Shown one piece after another: positions 27,238 through 40,535 of a DNA stretch of 63,708 nt. The notes beneath the pieces were generated by a model that made no database searches, was not told where the DNA came from, and saw only the letters and a program-made list of their open reading frames with translations. The translations under genes and the position numbers were made by a program. Every line of letters starts with the position of its first letter. Positions within the stretch are counted from its first letter, which is position 1. This stretch comes from Octopus bimaculoides (Eukaryota), in contig NC_068991.1 of the NCBI RefSeq assembly GCF_001194135.2, forward strand, positions 79,113,509 to 79,177,216, given 5' to 3'.

Positions 27238-30200
27238 CAACTTGCTGGGGCTGCCTGCTGGAGCCTAGCAGCGGGTATTTAAAGGGAAATTTGACAAGAC
27301 AGTCAGTCGCCCGCTGACACTCGTTGACGCTACATCGAAGAAGCCAGGGAACAGAAGACATAAGGAGAAAGAAGACATACACCCAACACCAGAGCTGAAG
27401 ACACCTCCGAAAGTGGGGGGCTCCGCCACGTCAAAATGGTAGAGGAGTAGGGGCCGAAACCAAACGTGATTCCTCCTGATGATGTCTTGAGCTAACTGGA
27501 TCCTATAAAGGAACTGTTGTGGTAGCAGACCACGAAACATGGTTGAAATTCCTTCCTTTATATTTGGACTTGGAGTATAGGCTTCCTGATGTCATCCACA
27601 GTTAGGGTATAATTTTCACTGGATCTACGCCAGCAATTCTGCAGTGTTCCTTTGGCCTATAGTTGATGAAGGCAACGGAAAATGGATGTGGTAGAAATCT
27701 TTATTCAACACAACGATCATTTCGACCCATCCTGCAGCTGTCCCTTACGGGTAGGATATTGTGCATGTAGTTGTGTTGCTGCATTCAATGCAGTCTGTGT
27801 CACGTCACACTGACTGAGAGTAGAGTTATTCTAGGATTATAACCTGCAGATGGGTCTGGCAACAAATAACATAAATTAAAATAATAAAGGATAGAAAGTA
27901 AAACCTTTCAAATGATAAGACTTGAAAGGAAGAGGGATGGGTATACGTTTGTTGACATGAACACATATAGACATACACACAATCAAACACACACACTCGC
28001 TCGTGCCGTCAAGGGAAAGTCATTTCATGTAGCTATAAACACCCAACATATTCGTAGATAAGTGGTATCAGGCTGTCCAATGCGTAGCAAATTCTACAGT
28101 CGCTTTCAGATGATTGGGCTGACGCATTAGGGACTGGTTCGGTGGACACACTCAAATATACACAGATATTTGTACAACTACATAGATGGACTGGTGGTAG
28201 GTTGAGACACACCAAACGTACAAGTATTCACGCTTAAACATACCCAAGTATTTGTGTATATAATAAATGAAAAAATGTATTGGAAATACACAAACGACAA
28301 GTAAAAAAGGTAACAAGGATTTCGCATACACTAAACACTGTATACTATTCGTTAGTTCAGTCGATAACACATAGCAGCATGATGGATAGCGAATACCCAT
28401 AGGGAAGTTTTATACCTTTCCATGAATGTCCTATTATTTCAGAGAAGGGGATGAATGTGGAGAGCTGGTGGTCATTGGACATTGCATAAAATACATAGAC
28501 TTATTTATTCTGGGTGTCTGCGCACCTTGTTTAAATCTCGCGTAGGCCAACTTTCTTTCTGCCACGCACGCTCGGAATTGACAGCTTCATGCCGTCCAGA
28601 AAGTATATCTCACATCGTGGTCCCAATAATCATTTCACCACAGTTATGTTGAAATGATGAGAAGAATAAAAGTTCTTCAGTATTTCTTAAGGTTTCAACA
28701 GAATTCATTTAACTGAAAAATAATTATATATTCTATTACGATAGACATCTACTTCCTTTCTTTTCTTTAGTGTTCCTTAATAACATATAATGACTTCTGG
28801 CAATTCAAATTAACTTCTGGTCGCTTTCTATTGTTTCTACTAATTATCTTTTATCAGTGTGCTAATGAACCTATTCATTTACATAAATCTTAATAGTCTA
28901 CGTCTCACAACAGTTTATCTAATAATTTCTTTTAGGAATGATAAAGAAAACCTCTCAAAATAGCAATAAGTAGTTCATATGTCAATATAATTCGCTTGGT
29001 TGGGTTTTTTTGTTTGAAGTAGAATCTCTTTCTCTAGTATATGTAGTATTGTCACAGCCAGTACCTCTAGTCTTCTGCTACGGTTACTCTATCGTACCAA
29101 TACGTCATAATGCATACATCACATTTTGTGAAACCTATCCCAAATGTTAAAGCTTAAGAAATCAATACCTCGGTGTCAAATGAATAGAACTGTTAAGTCG
29201 CAGTAAACATCTTAATTTCCTCCTTGTACATAACACAGTTAAATTTAAAGGAAAACTTTTATTTATATCCGGATGATACTTTCCGGTGGAGAACATTAAC
29301 TGAGAACAAGCAGTGCGATGTCAAACTATTTCAAAAGAAGACATCGATTCGACATATTTCTCTGTTGATTCCTCTTAGCCTGTCATATTATCTCTTATTA
29401 GCTGTGTCTTATCTTCCAATCTTAAACTAGATTGTCCTTTCACTAATCTAGCTATTAATGGCTTATTATTACCTTTTCCTCGGTTGTGTCTACATACTCT
29501 TAAAGAATTTTCGTTAAAACAATCATCATCTTTAATAACCTATTATTTGACGAATACACTATAAAGCGAGGTAATTCTCTTTTTGTGTAGACATAAACAA
29601 AGCGGTTTTGGCTATTGACAGCATACTGACGTATTTCTATTTCGAATGTTCTGGAAAGATGAGTAGCAACATCAGTAGTGACAGAGTATATGAACCAAAG
29701 AATATGTAAGAGATACTATAGAACATTATTAACAAACTCTCTACTATTTACTTATGGAGCAGTGTTCGTCCTCCTAAACATCGATGCTTGGTCATATCGA
29801 CTTCTTAAGAACATGTGACACGCAACTGCTTAATTGGAATACATGTAACATTCAAGAATTCAGTAAATACTAAGAGAAAATGTATAGCAAATATTCTTAT
29901 GGACTTCAAAGGAGGCAATGTTGCATTGTTCTTATTTGAAATAATTCACTGTTAGTTCGGAACAATATTTCTTTTCTTATAGTCTTCTTATCGGACATAT
30001 TTCCAAAGTTACGGTTGATTTCTTATGTCGATATATTTTGCCAGCGTAGACAATTGAACTAGGCGCATTAAGAGTCTTATATCTGCATTGATAATCACGT
30101 CACTTCACATATTAGGTTATTTCAGTTCGTGGCGTTAAGGCGTTCGGAACAATGCATAATAAGTGAGTCATAAATGAGTTTGATAAGCAGCTCCAATAAT

Positions 30201-30555
30201 ACTGATAACAGAATACTGCTCCAATATATGCAGAGTGGGGCACGGTGCCGATACTTTAGATCTCTACCAGTATAGAGCCTCTCACCAACATATTCTGATC
30301 TTTGGCAAATAGATGCGTCACTTCTTCAATTTGGCATTCTTTTGCTGAATTACTGACATCTGGTTGAAGAATCTGACGGTAATTTCGTACCACTGTAGTT
30401 CAGCTGATCAAACAACAGAATTCTCCTCATCGAAACTGACGGAGGATCAATCATCAATCAAATAGTTCAAGCACTTTTGGAATTTTAGTGTTTAATCTAT
30501 TCTGTCTTTATGTAGTATATATATATAAAATCACACAAGTATATATGTGTGTGTG

Positions 30556-30589
<34 letters not shown>

Positions 30590-31860
30590 GTTATATACAT
30601 ATATGTATTCACAGCACGCACACACACACGCCCGCACGCCCACAAACACACGCTATCCGCGCGCGCACACACACACAAAAGTAAAGAAAATCTGGAAAAC
30701 TCACATATGTTCGATAATCTATTTCGTGCTGCACCTTCCCAATACGCAACAAAATCGCTCGATACTATTTCAATGTATCGTAACACCTAAGTAATTTGTT
30801 ATTAATAAATACGGAAGCTTATCGTTAAACGTCTTTTTTTTCGGATTTTTAAGGATTATGAAGATGAACTGAAATATCCTTAATAACAAATATATATTTT
30901 TTTCTTTTAATTTGCACGTCTTGGATCAGAAAGGAATACTTACAGTGGTTTTGAGTCTTATATTAAACGATTTTCATTACTCTATCGGCTATTTTCCGGG
31001 CTGCCATTCTATCGTTATATTAATTAAATACTAAAGTGTCCTTAGATTTAACATCGGTCGCTTTATATAATCAATTTGAAACTTTTCAAGCAACAACATC
31101 GGACCCAAGGATTAGTAAGTACTTCTCTTACCACGTTAGTGTGAAGATTGATATAATGTTTAACGAGATGTATAATTAAGAATTAATAGGAGAAACAGAT
31201 GCAGGCGATAAATAAATAAGATCTAGAACAGATAAAAATTACAATTACACAATGCCATTATATATAATGAATATAATTAAATTGATGCGATAAAAATAAT
31301 TTAATTAAATTTATATCATAGTTTAATGTAGGCGTTTCTGCATGTCCTGTTCTGAAAGACAATATGCAAATCCTACAATACCAGTGTCAGAATAATTACA
31401 GTACCACGAATGCGCAATATTTTTTCCAATCATATTTTGTTATTAAAACTTTAATGAATTTACGTTATACTGCCTTAGTGAACAGCACATGCAAATAACA
31501 TAGTTAATTGGCATTGTCATATTAATGAAATTAATTATATCAGATATATCAATTATTTCATTGCAATTGTTGGGTGTTTTTGAGACTTGTTTATAGATGG
31601 TACCATTAATTCCCTTAAATATGTAGCTTGATTAAATTTATCATACATTTTATATCAACCTGCATGTTAATGAGGTAAGAGAGACAATTGCATATACTTA
31701 AGATCCATGGTGATACATTTTCAAATAGGCATGATTAAAGGCATACACATGCATACGCGAGACGCACACACACACGAGCGCGCATACACACACAACGTCA
31801 CGTATATATGTAAGCATACTTACATATATACAAATGCATCGCTGATCAAAACATTCAAAT

Positions 31861-32000
31861 TTTTTTCTCCGTATTCTTTCTGTTGAAGAGCGTAGCTCGA
31901 AACGTTAAAGACTTTCTGTATTCCCGAGCGTTAAACTAATACATCCTTTTGTTGTTTACACCACCTGTCCTCGTCTGTTGTTGTTTTTTCGTAAATTCTC

Positions 32001-32003
<3 letters not shown>
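31861..32003 (+). mobile_element. Probable Penelope-like pseudo-LTR end abutting (AT)n
   Basis: Contains a minimal hammerhead-like motif and ends ...CGTAAATTCTCCC directly against a long (AT)n tract. Confidence 0.55.
31875..31911 (+). ncRNA. Minimal type I hammerhead ribozyme-like motif, atypical core
   Basis: Stem I TCTTT/AAAGA, core CTGTTGAA, stem II GAGC-GTA-GCTC, then GAAAC-GTT with no helix III. Confidence 0.55.
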
Positions 32004-32050
<47 letters not shown>

Positions 32051-32240
32051 TTTGTGTGTGAGTTAGAGGTTGACAAAACCAACGAAAGGATAGTACCTAT
32101 CCAATATACTGCTGGTATTAGTGTACCCAATTATTCATAGCCGAGTGCTAGCTATTGCGTGGCAATCTCGCATTTGAGTGTTATATATGGGCGGAGGTAG
32201 AAAGTGGTTTAACCTTGATTTATAAGAAATACTGCATTTG

Positions 32241-32296
<56 letters not shown>

Positions 32297-32826
32297 ATGC
32301 TTAGTTGTGTATGTATGAGAGATAGAGATAGAAATAGAGAAAGAGAGGGAAGAGAGGTAGAGAAAATATAAAAAATGAGAAGGATCTTCTGAACAAAATA
32401 AGAATACCTCATTTATGCTGTAATGATTTGCTTTAACATTAGGCTTACCTGTTCTGCTTGACGAACGAGTAAATCTGAGAAGGCTCATGAGATATTATGG
32501 ATAGAAAAGGCAATCGGGAAAATCTTTCAAAATACGAGAATACAAGAATGACAGATAGCGGTAGGCTTACATAATTACCAATAAAAGAATCTAAAGCTGG
32601 TGAGGTGTATTGAAACAGAATTTACTGATTATTGGATAAACTAGAGTCTGATTATTGAACATGTGTGGAATCTTCCGTAGATTTTCTTTACATATGGATT
32701 GTGTTCTTTGTAACTGATGGAATAGCTCTCTAATATGGATTTTCTAATATGTAATAGAATATAAGTGTATATATATATATATATTTGCACCGTTGGTGAC
32801 GTCCTGTACCCTTCTATGCATGTATA

Positions 32827-33250
32827 CATCCTGGCCACCCCATCGTTTCCGCCCGCAACTGCCCCACCGAACCTATCGCAATGAATCCTGACCATGTGCT
32901 TGTGCCCCTAGTAGCTTTCCTCCCCTCAGACATACCCGACGCCAACCATGCTCTCGCGGGAGTGGCAATGGGAATGGGAAGGGGCCCCAAATATACGAAC
33001 CTACTCAAATATTCTTACAGCTCACTGGTCCTACTCCTGAGCTATACACTCATTATATAGACGAATGTTAACTCTTCCACGAATATCTTGACTCTTTCCT
33101 CTAATTCGTCCAGTCCTTCTATCCTGCCTTCGAATTCTCCTGTACTGCGTCCAATACTTTCGTTGAATTTCTTGACATATACTTTAGCATAATCCACCTT
33201 GCTCTTACTACTTCCCACCACTACAAACACACAGACTCACACTCCAATTT
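32827..33250 (+). mobile_element. Penelope-like RT remnant with internal deletion
   Basis: HPGHPIVSARNCPTEPIAMNPDHVLVPLVAFLPSDIPDANHAL joined to GVAMGMGRGPKYTNL; then TPELYTHYIDEC, FLDIYFSI and LTTSHHYKHTDSHS after frameshifts. Confidence 0.85.
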
Positions 33251-34626
33251 CAACTTTTCCTTGATGCAATTGACAAAGCCTAAGTGCTCCGAAGCGTGTC
33301 TGACGCCCTTGCGAGTTACTACTGAAACGATGTTCGCATCACTGCGACATATATTGTGTTTTAAAACAATACATCTTTGAAGCGATTTTCTCTCACGCAC
33401 AATCTATATCACCGTACTTTCCTGTGATTTATTTCAATTATTGGCTTATTGTGGATCAGATTTCACGTATATATATTATGTATGGTGACGTTTTTGTCGT
33501 ATTGCTTCCCTTCCTGATGCCGTGCTAAGTTTTCAATTAAATCACATTGGCAATATATTTCAGTTTTAATTTGGAATTGATTCTCTAAAAACTATAATAC
33601 TGTCAGGAAAAGTTATCAAGGCTTAATGTGTTCCGTTTATTGTATTGAGAGTGAAATCAAATACTGAAAATGATTAATGTAAATATATGAGCATCTTTCG
33701 CGTCCTACTCTTTAACTCATATCTATTTTTATCCTGATAACGTTCATTAATGGTTGATCATCTTAGATTTACATTCCACATCTTTCACACTTCATTAGTT
33801 ACGTTAATCAACGAATCTTTTGAAGTATTTTCTTCATCAGATTGTTATCCTTATAAATTACTAATTTATTGTTTATCACATCTAATGATATTTGCATAAA
33901 CACTATTCAGTAAAATTATTCATTTTTGCATCAAGATAAGGAAGCAAAATGGATCTTAGAATATTTTTAAACGTTTATGTGATTATGTCCGTGCTATACA
34001 TAGTGTTTAAACGTTTTGCTACCATTTTTCTGTTGAAATACACTGTTATTGAAGGAGGTTTGGGCCAATGTCAATACAATTTATATGGAAAAGAGACGTA
34101 ATTAAATCTTACGTCCATTCACAATCCTAACGCTAGTAACAGTGATAACACTAATTATAGCTGTACGTTAAGCAGTTTAAAACATCCACTAATTGGATTA
34201 AATAGAATATGACAGCTGCTAATAGGTAACAAGTATTGTTACCTCAAATGTGCAACAGACTATAGGACTATTTGTGGTGCAGTAGCGTGTGGAACAGCAT
34301 CGATTATGAATCTTAAAAGCTACACATGACGAAAGAAAAACACACACACATACATATATATTATCATATGTAAATGATTCTGGAAACTTCTGGATATATA
34401 ATAAATATAAAAGTTGCATGAATAAAAGTAAAAAAATTCACAAATGAATAAACAAGAATTTAATAAAATCACTATATGAGACCTGGTCGCCTTTTTGAAA
34501 GCATGACAGAAGCAGCAGAAATTTAGTGAGAAGTTCATAGAACTGTAAGGAAATATTCCACATTCGTAGTCGAAAATTGAAATTGAAATATATATATATA
34601 AAAAAATTATTAAATTCAATAACTTT

Positions 34627-34732
34627 AATAATAATAATAATAATGATAACAATAATAATAAGAGAAAGAACAACAACAGCAATAACAACAACAACAATAA
34701 TAATAATAATAATAATAACAATAATAATAATA
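34627..34732 (+). repeat. Compound (AAT)n/(AAC)n trinucleotide repeat
   Basis: Seen directly; explains the poly-Leu ORF 34320-34763. Confidence 0.95.
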
Positions 34733-35999
34733 AAATGACAACAGGGATAATACCAACGATCATTAAGTGTGTTTAATTATTGACAAAGATGACAGAAAAC
34801 GCAATATTAATTTTGATTTATTATCAACTGTATTGTTATATTCACACCATTTTAAAATTTGGCAGAGACACGTATTAAAATTCTGTTACGTTATAAAAAT
34901 ACATTTTTTTCTATGTTCATGATTTTAAAATTTTGTATTTTATATTATTTACCAGTATATTTTAGAAGTTAAAAATTTATGTTTTAAATACTTTAATGCA
35001 TATTTTTTCTGAAATTCTATGAACGATGAACTAGTTTTCATTTTCGCCTACTTTTTCACATTCTTCTAATAAATTCTGTGTTCTTTCTTAATTTGTTTGA
35101 ATAGAAACGTAGCGTATGACAACTGAAGAAACACATATTTATTATGTAAATTTACATCTATATTGATAAACAGATACAGTCTTCCATCTGGAACTAATGT
35201 GGTTACATTTCTGTATATAATGGTTTGATTTACAAAAGGGTTCCTAGCAGAATGATAGACTAGCGATAAATCGGTGTTTCGAATTAACCTCATACCCACA
35301 GATGCGAGAATTTCTCTATCTTCTTTTCCTATCACAACTATAATAATCATTGTTCCTCCGAGCTAGCTGAATTCATTTATCGGGAATTTTCGCCCTCCTC
35401 CATTTTGATGTTGTCTTTGTCCTCTCCAGGCATCACAACATACATCTAGCCTCTCCTTCCCAGAATTTCGGCTGTCCAGAATTCCATTTCTGCTCAAGTA
35501 CTCCTTTCAAAAGGTCATTTACAATGATTCAGGAGGAATATTAACGACATCAATGACATAGTACGTTCTCTCAATTAAAAGGATCGAATATTTAAGAAAC
35601 GATCTCGTCTAACAGTAAACGTGGACCTCACAGTCACGCAGTGAGTTCAACATTTCCTGCGAGACAGGCAAGCTGCAGATATCAGTGACATACGATGAGT
35701 GATGTTACGATTAAACAGGTAACGCTTCTGGAGAAGAGCAGAAGCGAGATAACTGAAAGTTAGCAGCAGATTATATCTATCAAAGAAATTCTAAGATAAT
35801 TAACTTGTTTTCTGTTAATTATAATTTCCTACATATCCATACTTGTAAATAAGCTGTTGCAAAAAAGTTATTTTATGCAGTAATGTTTGTCACTATATCG
35901 TTGCCTGAATGATTGACTCTCTCTCTCTCTCACGCACACACACACACACACTTTCTTCCCTATCACACACATGCACACACACACACACATTCTTCTCTA

Positions 36000-36059
<60 letters not shown>

Positions 36060-37014
36060 TCTCTATTTAACTAAACTTTCGTATCTTAATTAAACTGTTA
36101 CAATCTTGCCAGCTTCACTTGTATTACTTCACCATATCTTTTTACGAAATCAAAGTCAAGATAAAAGAACCTATGTGGCATGATAGCAAGATTTATTAAA
36201 GATACGATTTAATGAAAGTTAGATTTCAATAGAAAGAGACATACTGAGTGCGAATCATAAGTCAGAGAAAGAAATACAATACACACACAGAGATACACGC
36301 GCGCGAGAGTTTTAGAATGACAGAGAAAGGCAATGAATGACAAAGAGAAAGTAAAAAAATATTTGATGTTTAGCTTGAACAACATAAATTATTAATCTTT
36401 AAATTGAAACTTGACAGCATCAATGGAGCGAATTGTGATAAAAGGTTTTCAATTCATGACAATGTCGTTTTATATTTTCTCAGTTTAGAGTATTTAATAC
36501 GACATTCTTCAGTGGAAGATTATTTTTGTTTTAAAGCCGAATGTCCTCGTTCCATGGAACAATCGGTTGCAATTTCTAGCATGCTACGAAACTCAATAGA
36601 ATCCAGAGTGTTTTCTTTCTTATTCATCAAAATTTGCTGTGTGGGTTCAGAAGTAAGCCAATACAGAAATTTTGTCGTCTTCTCAGAGAATAATCAACGA
36701 GAAAACACAGCTGATGATAACAACACAATATTGAGTGCAATAGAAACTCGAGACCCAAATAATATTTATAGCATAAATCTATAGAAAAAAAACGATATGC
36801 AAATAAACACTGCAAATGTGAAATTAGTAGCGAGCTACGTAAAGCCAAATACAAAACCGGGAGAATCTTCCGAAAATCTAAAATTCGTATAAAAATGTAT
36901 AGTTTGGTATATGAACTGATAAAGAATCTATACGAGAACTTTTTATCTAGTGACGGAAGTTTTTCCCAGATATATTAGAATATTTTTATGTATGACATTT
37001 TAATTTTTGCAAAA

Positions 37015-37475
37015 TCCAGTCGTGTCTTCGATCCCATTGTGTCGCACTTTGGTTAAGTATCCTCTACTGTAATTTCGTATTGATCAATTCCTTGTGAATA
37101 TGATTTGGTACACGGAATCTATGCTGAAGCACATCATATAAAAAAAACAAGCGCACTAATTCACATATGTATATATATCAACCTATGTACGTACGCACAT
37201 GTACATATGTAAGCAAACCGGCTCGCAGGTATATATGTGTATATATATGTGTGTGTGTAAATATGCATATTCATATATGTGTGTGTGGCATGTGGTGCGT
37301 ATGACTGTCTATGGACATACATAAATTGGTAACTCCCCAGTTCAATAAATACAGGTCAATAGAATTTCTCAATGTGCTTAAATAAATACAGAATTCATAT
37401 GATCTACTAAATATGTTGAAGGCAGCACCACAGCAAAATCGCCGTATACTGACTAATCAAAAAGTAAAAGATAAA
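37015..37475 (+). mobile_element. SINE family A, old diverged copy
   Basis: TCGATCCCATTGTGTCGCACTTTGGTTAAGT...CCTTGTGAATATGATTTGG, an internal TA/TG tract and a GAAGGCAGCACCACAGC...AAGTAAAAGATAAA tail. Confidence 0.55.
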
Positions 37476-37639
37476 GGACTCGAAGAATATAAGGAAACAA
37501 TTTATTAAACAGTTTTAGCTAAATGATATGAAAGAAAACCATTCTTTAGAAAAAGAATAACCGAATATTTAAAAATACAAACAGTACAAACGAAAGATGA
37601 AATCAAAGCGGAAATCCAAAAATACTAATGAAAGATTCG

Positions 37640-37990
37640 AAACAGAAGCTTTATCGTGGCCATATATAACGCTAGATTCGACAGAGAGGAAGCAAAAAGT
37701 CAGCGTGATAGTAAACAATGATTGAAAGTCTCTAGATTTATAACAGAAACGGAAGGATTTATTTTAGCTGCACATGATCAATGGTCAGTCTCAGACATCA
37801 CACTGTTTGCTTGTTAGAAGACAATACAGATTTGACAGAGTTCCAAATACTAGAGGACAAAATCTTGATTGTTAAGTACATGAGTTGGAGACAGACACAG
37901 TTGACAAAAGATCACCACAGTCATCAAGGAATTTCCTAAAATACCTCAAAATGAAAACATCAGTATATACCTGAATATAAACATACGCTT
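37640..37990 (+). mobile_element. R4/Dong-like LINE C-terminal fragment
   Basis: Q*LKVSRFITETEGFILAAHDQ matches the ETEGFI.AAQDQ motif between RT and RLE in R4/Dong-type ORFs. Confidence 0.7.
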
Positions 37991-38428
37991 CATATAGTGT
38001 CGCCCTCTCTCTAAAATGTTAGTATGTTTTAACTAGGGCAATACATTCATTTCACAATATCCTCTACTAAATTTTTTAGCGGTTCCACTTCCAATTAAGA
38101 GTTTTCTGTCCGTTTTCTCGGTATGATTTATTTGATTATTGCTCAGAGCTCACGAGGAGACAAACAACATCAGTTGCGACTAAGTTACGCTTTGGGGATA
38201 TTTTAGTGGCTGCCTCTAACAGACCTACCGGTCAAGCAGAGGCTCCCTCATAGCCTTCAATATATGTTCGGCCTTCACTTAAGATGTTCCGATATTAATC
38301 TAGATTTATGACGTCTACTACAAATTTCATTTTAATCTGTGTGTAGCTATATAAATGGCTTTGAATTTATTTTTAATCTTTTTGATATGTTTTCTTTGAG
38401 TATTTACTCAATGACCTAACCGCTTCCC

Positions 38429-38472
<44 letters not shown>

Positions 38473-38523
38473 CATATAATACATATATGTGTGTGTATAC
38501 ATTATGTATGGTTCCATGTATGA

Positions 38524-38588
<65 letters not shown>

Positions 38589-39619
38589 ACTAGACTTGTG
38601 CTCCTTTTTGTAGAGCATAGTTCATTTCTATAATGAGGTATATTCACAGTACAGAAATAATCATTTACTCGTAATTTCCTATTCACATGAAACCCCCGGT
38701 CCTATCGAAAGTTACTCAGTGCATGATGCCCGCATAAACTGTTGTGTATTTTGAGTTCTTTTTAGTTTCTAAATTCTTATTGTTTTCGTTGCTTAAACTT
38801 TCTTCAGTTGATGCCGTGTATTAATATACAGACCTGACACAAGCAAGAATAATTGAAGCAGCAGCCGCAGCGTAAATATCTTTCACCAAGTATAAATAAT
38901 TGCAAGCTAAGAAATATCTTACCATTTATTTTTATGATATTTTTCTTTCTTTGATTTCTTTGATGATGTTCACAAGATGGTTTTCTGAAAAGTATATAAA
39001 TATCTATATGATAAACATTATAGCATATATGTTGTTATATATATATGTATATATATATCTAAGGACTAAAAGACAAGGTAGAAAATGCTAAAATGATTTG
39101 ATCTTGAACATTTTAGTATCGGTTTCCGTCTTTGCGACTTTTTTCCATTTAAAGTAAAGCATGAACAACAATTAAATTGTGGAAAATTTAAAAGGTTTTT
39201 TTAAAGTATTTCCATAGTTTTCAAATACAAGGGACATTTTACTTTTTTCTCTCTGTCTCTCTTTTTTACTCTTGTGAAGGTTTCGTAGCAGGTAGTAGCA
39301 GTCCTAAAGGAATATTCGATATGAGCTATTGGTTTTCATTGTTTAAGCAGAAGTGGTAGCCGAGGAAGGAGAAAAAGAAAAAGAGGGAGTAAGAAAAGAA
39401 GAGAAAGACTAGTAAACATACAGGAGTTGTATGACAGTAGTAGGATGCTGGTGGAATCCACTTAAATGGTCAAGAGACCTAAAAGCGACCTGTTGTGGTG
39501 TAATAGTAGTGAATGGAATTGTTCTGAATAAATTCAGGAGTAGTACTGCTCTGAATATATCGTTTTTAATATTTGCGTGGATATTTTTCTGAGGCTCTTG
39601 TAATAGTGTCATTTGTGGT

Positions 39620-40535
39620 GGACGCATTCACAAGGGGTGTATATTTTGTGATAAAATACGACTCTTTGCCAATGCGCTAACTACAGTTTGCGTCGTCCCT
39701 GAATTTATTGAGGGGAAAAATTCTGAAGCTAGGTTGTTTGTTAGTGACGCAAATGTCGATGTGTTCGCTGAATGCTATTTTTCTGTATTCCCGAATTTTG
39801 ATCTGGGATCTATATAGAGCTATGCTTTGACGTAGACTGTATTGCTCTCGACACCAAGAGCAAGTTAATTTATATATTAAATTCTCCGAAGTACCTGTAA
39901 AGTTGCTTTTCACTGTAAAACTTTGACCCTGCTTCAAAGAGAACTCTGATCCCTCAATTAGGTTGACGCATACACCACAGTGAATTTTTCCGCATCTTTT
40001 TACTGACAGCTTCATTGATTAAATTCATTCTGTGGTCCCTTATTAGTAAGGGAATGTTCTGGAGGATGGTGTCGAAGGCTTCCTTGTTAAGGGGGTTGTG
40101 TTTGGAGATGTATGTTAGGGCTTTTAGTTGTAAATCCTTCTTCCATTTGGGTTGCTGAGTTCGTGGATGTTGAGTTGTAGGGCACCTTGAAAGCCTATAT
40201 CAGTTTGTGATGGTGGATAGTTCTTGGTAGTGTTCCTGGTGCTTGCATTAGAAACTAGAGCACAAATCCTTTTTGCTAGGGTTGAAAGGGATATTCATTC
40301 TAGTGTGTTTGGGGTGGCATGAGTTAACGGTAGATATTGCTTAGAGTGGGTTTATAGGATGTATCTGTTTCTATTTTGTTGTTGGATTTCGTAACGAGGA
40401 AGTTGAGGAATGGAAGTTGTTGATGGCTATATTGTATTGTAAATTGAATGTTTATGTCAAGACCATTTATAAATGCTTGAAATTCTTTAAGACTCTCTAT
40501 ACTTTCATGCCAAAAAAAATGAAACATTCTTACAT
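39620..40535 (-). mobile_element. 5'-truncated Penelope-like element (RT thumb + Cys-rich linker + GIY-YIG)
   Basis: FFWHESIESLKEFQAFINGLDINIQFTIQYSHQQLPFL...ETDTSYKPT, NSCHPKHTRMNIPF...LAKRICALVS, KRCGKIHCGVC...SENLIYKLTCSWCREQY...AFSEH, KESYFITKYTP. Confidence 0.9.

Noticed and set aside
27445-27490. GAAAC followed by CTGATGA, suggesting a permuted hammerhead
   Set aside because: Stem I cannot be built, the cleavage triplet would be GUG, and the first stem II pair is a mismatch.
28033-28215. SESDCRICY peptide as a RING-CH (MARCH) exon
   Set aside because: The remaining Cys/His ligands are missing and a stop follows shortly.
33280-33335. CTGACG...GAAACGATG downstream of the PLE RT as a hammerhead
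   Set aside because: The core is incomplete and no consistent stems form.
34320-34763. 147-aa ORF with a poly-Leu 'signal peptide'
   Set aside because: It is the reverse reading of the (AAT/AAC)n repeat.
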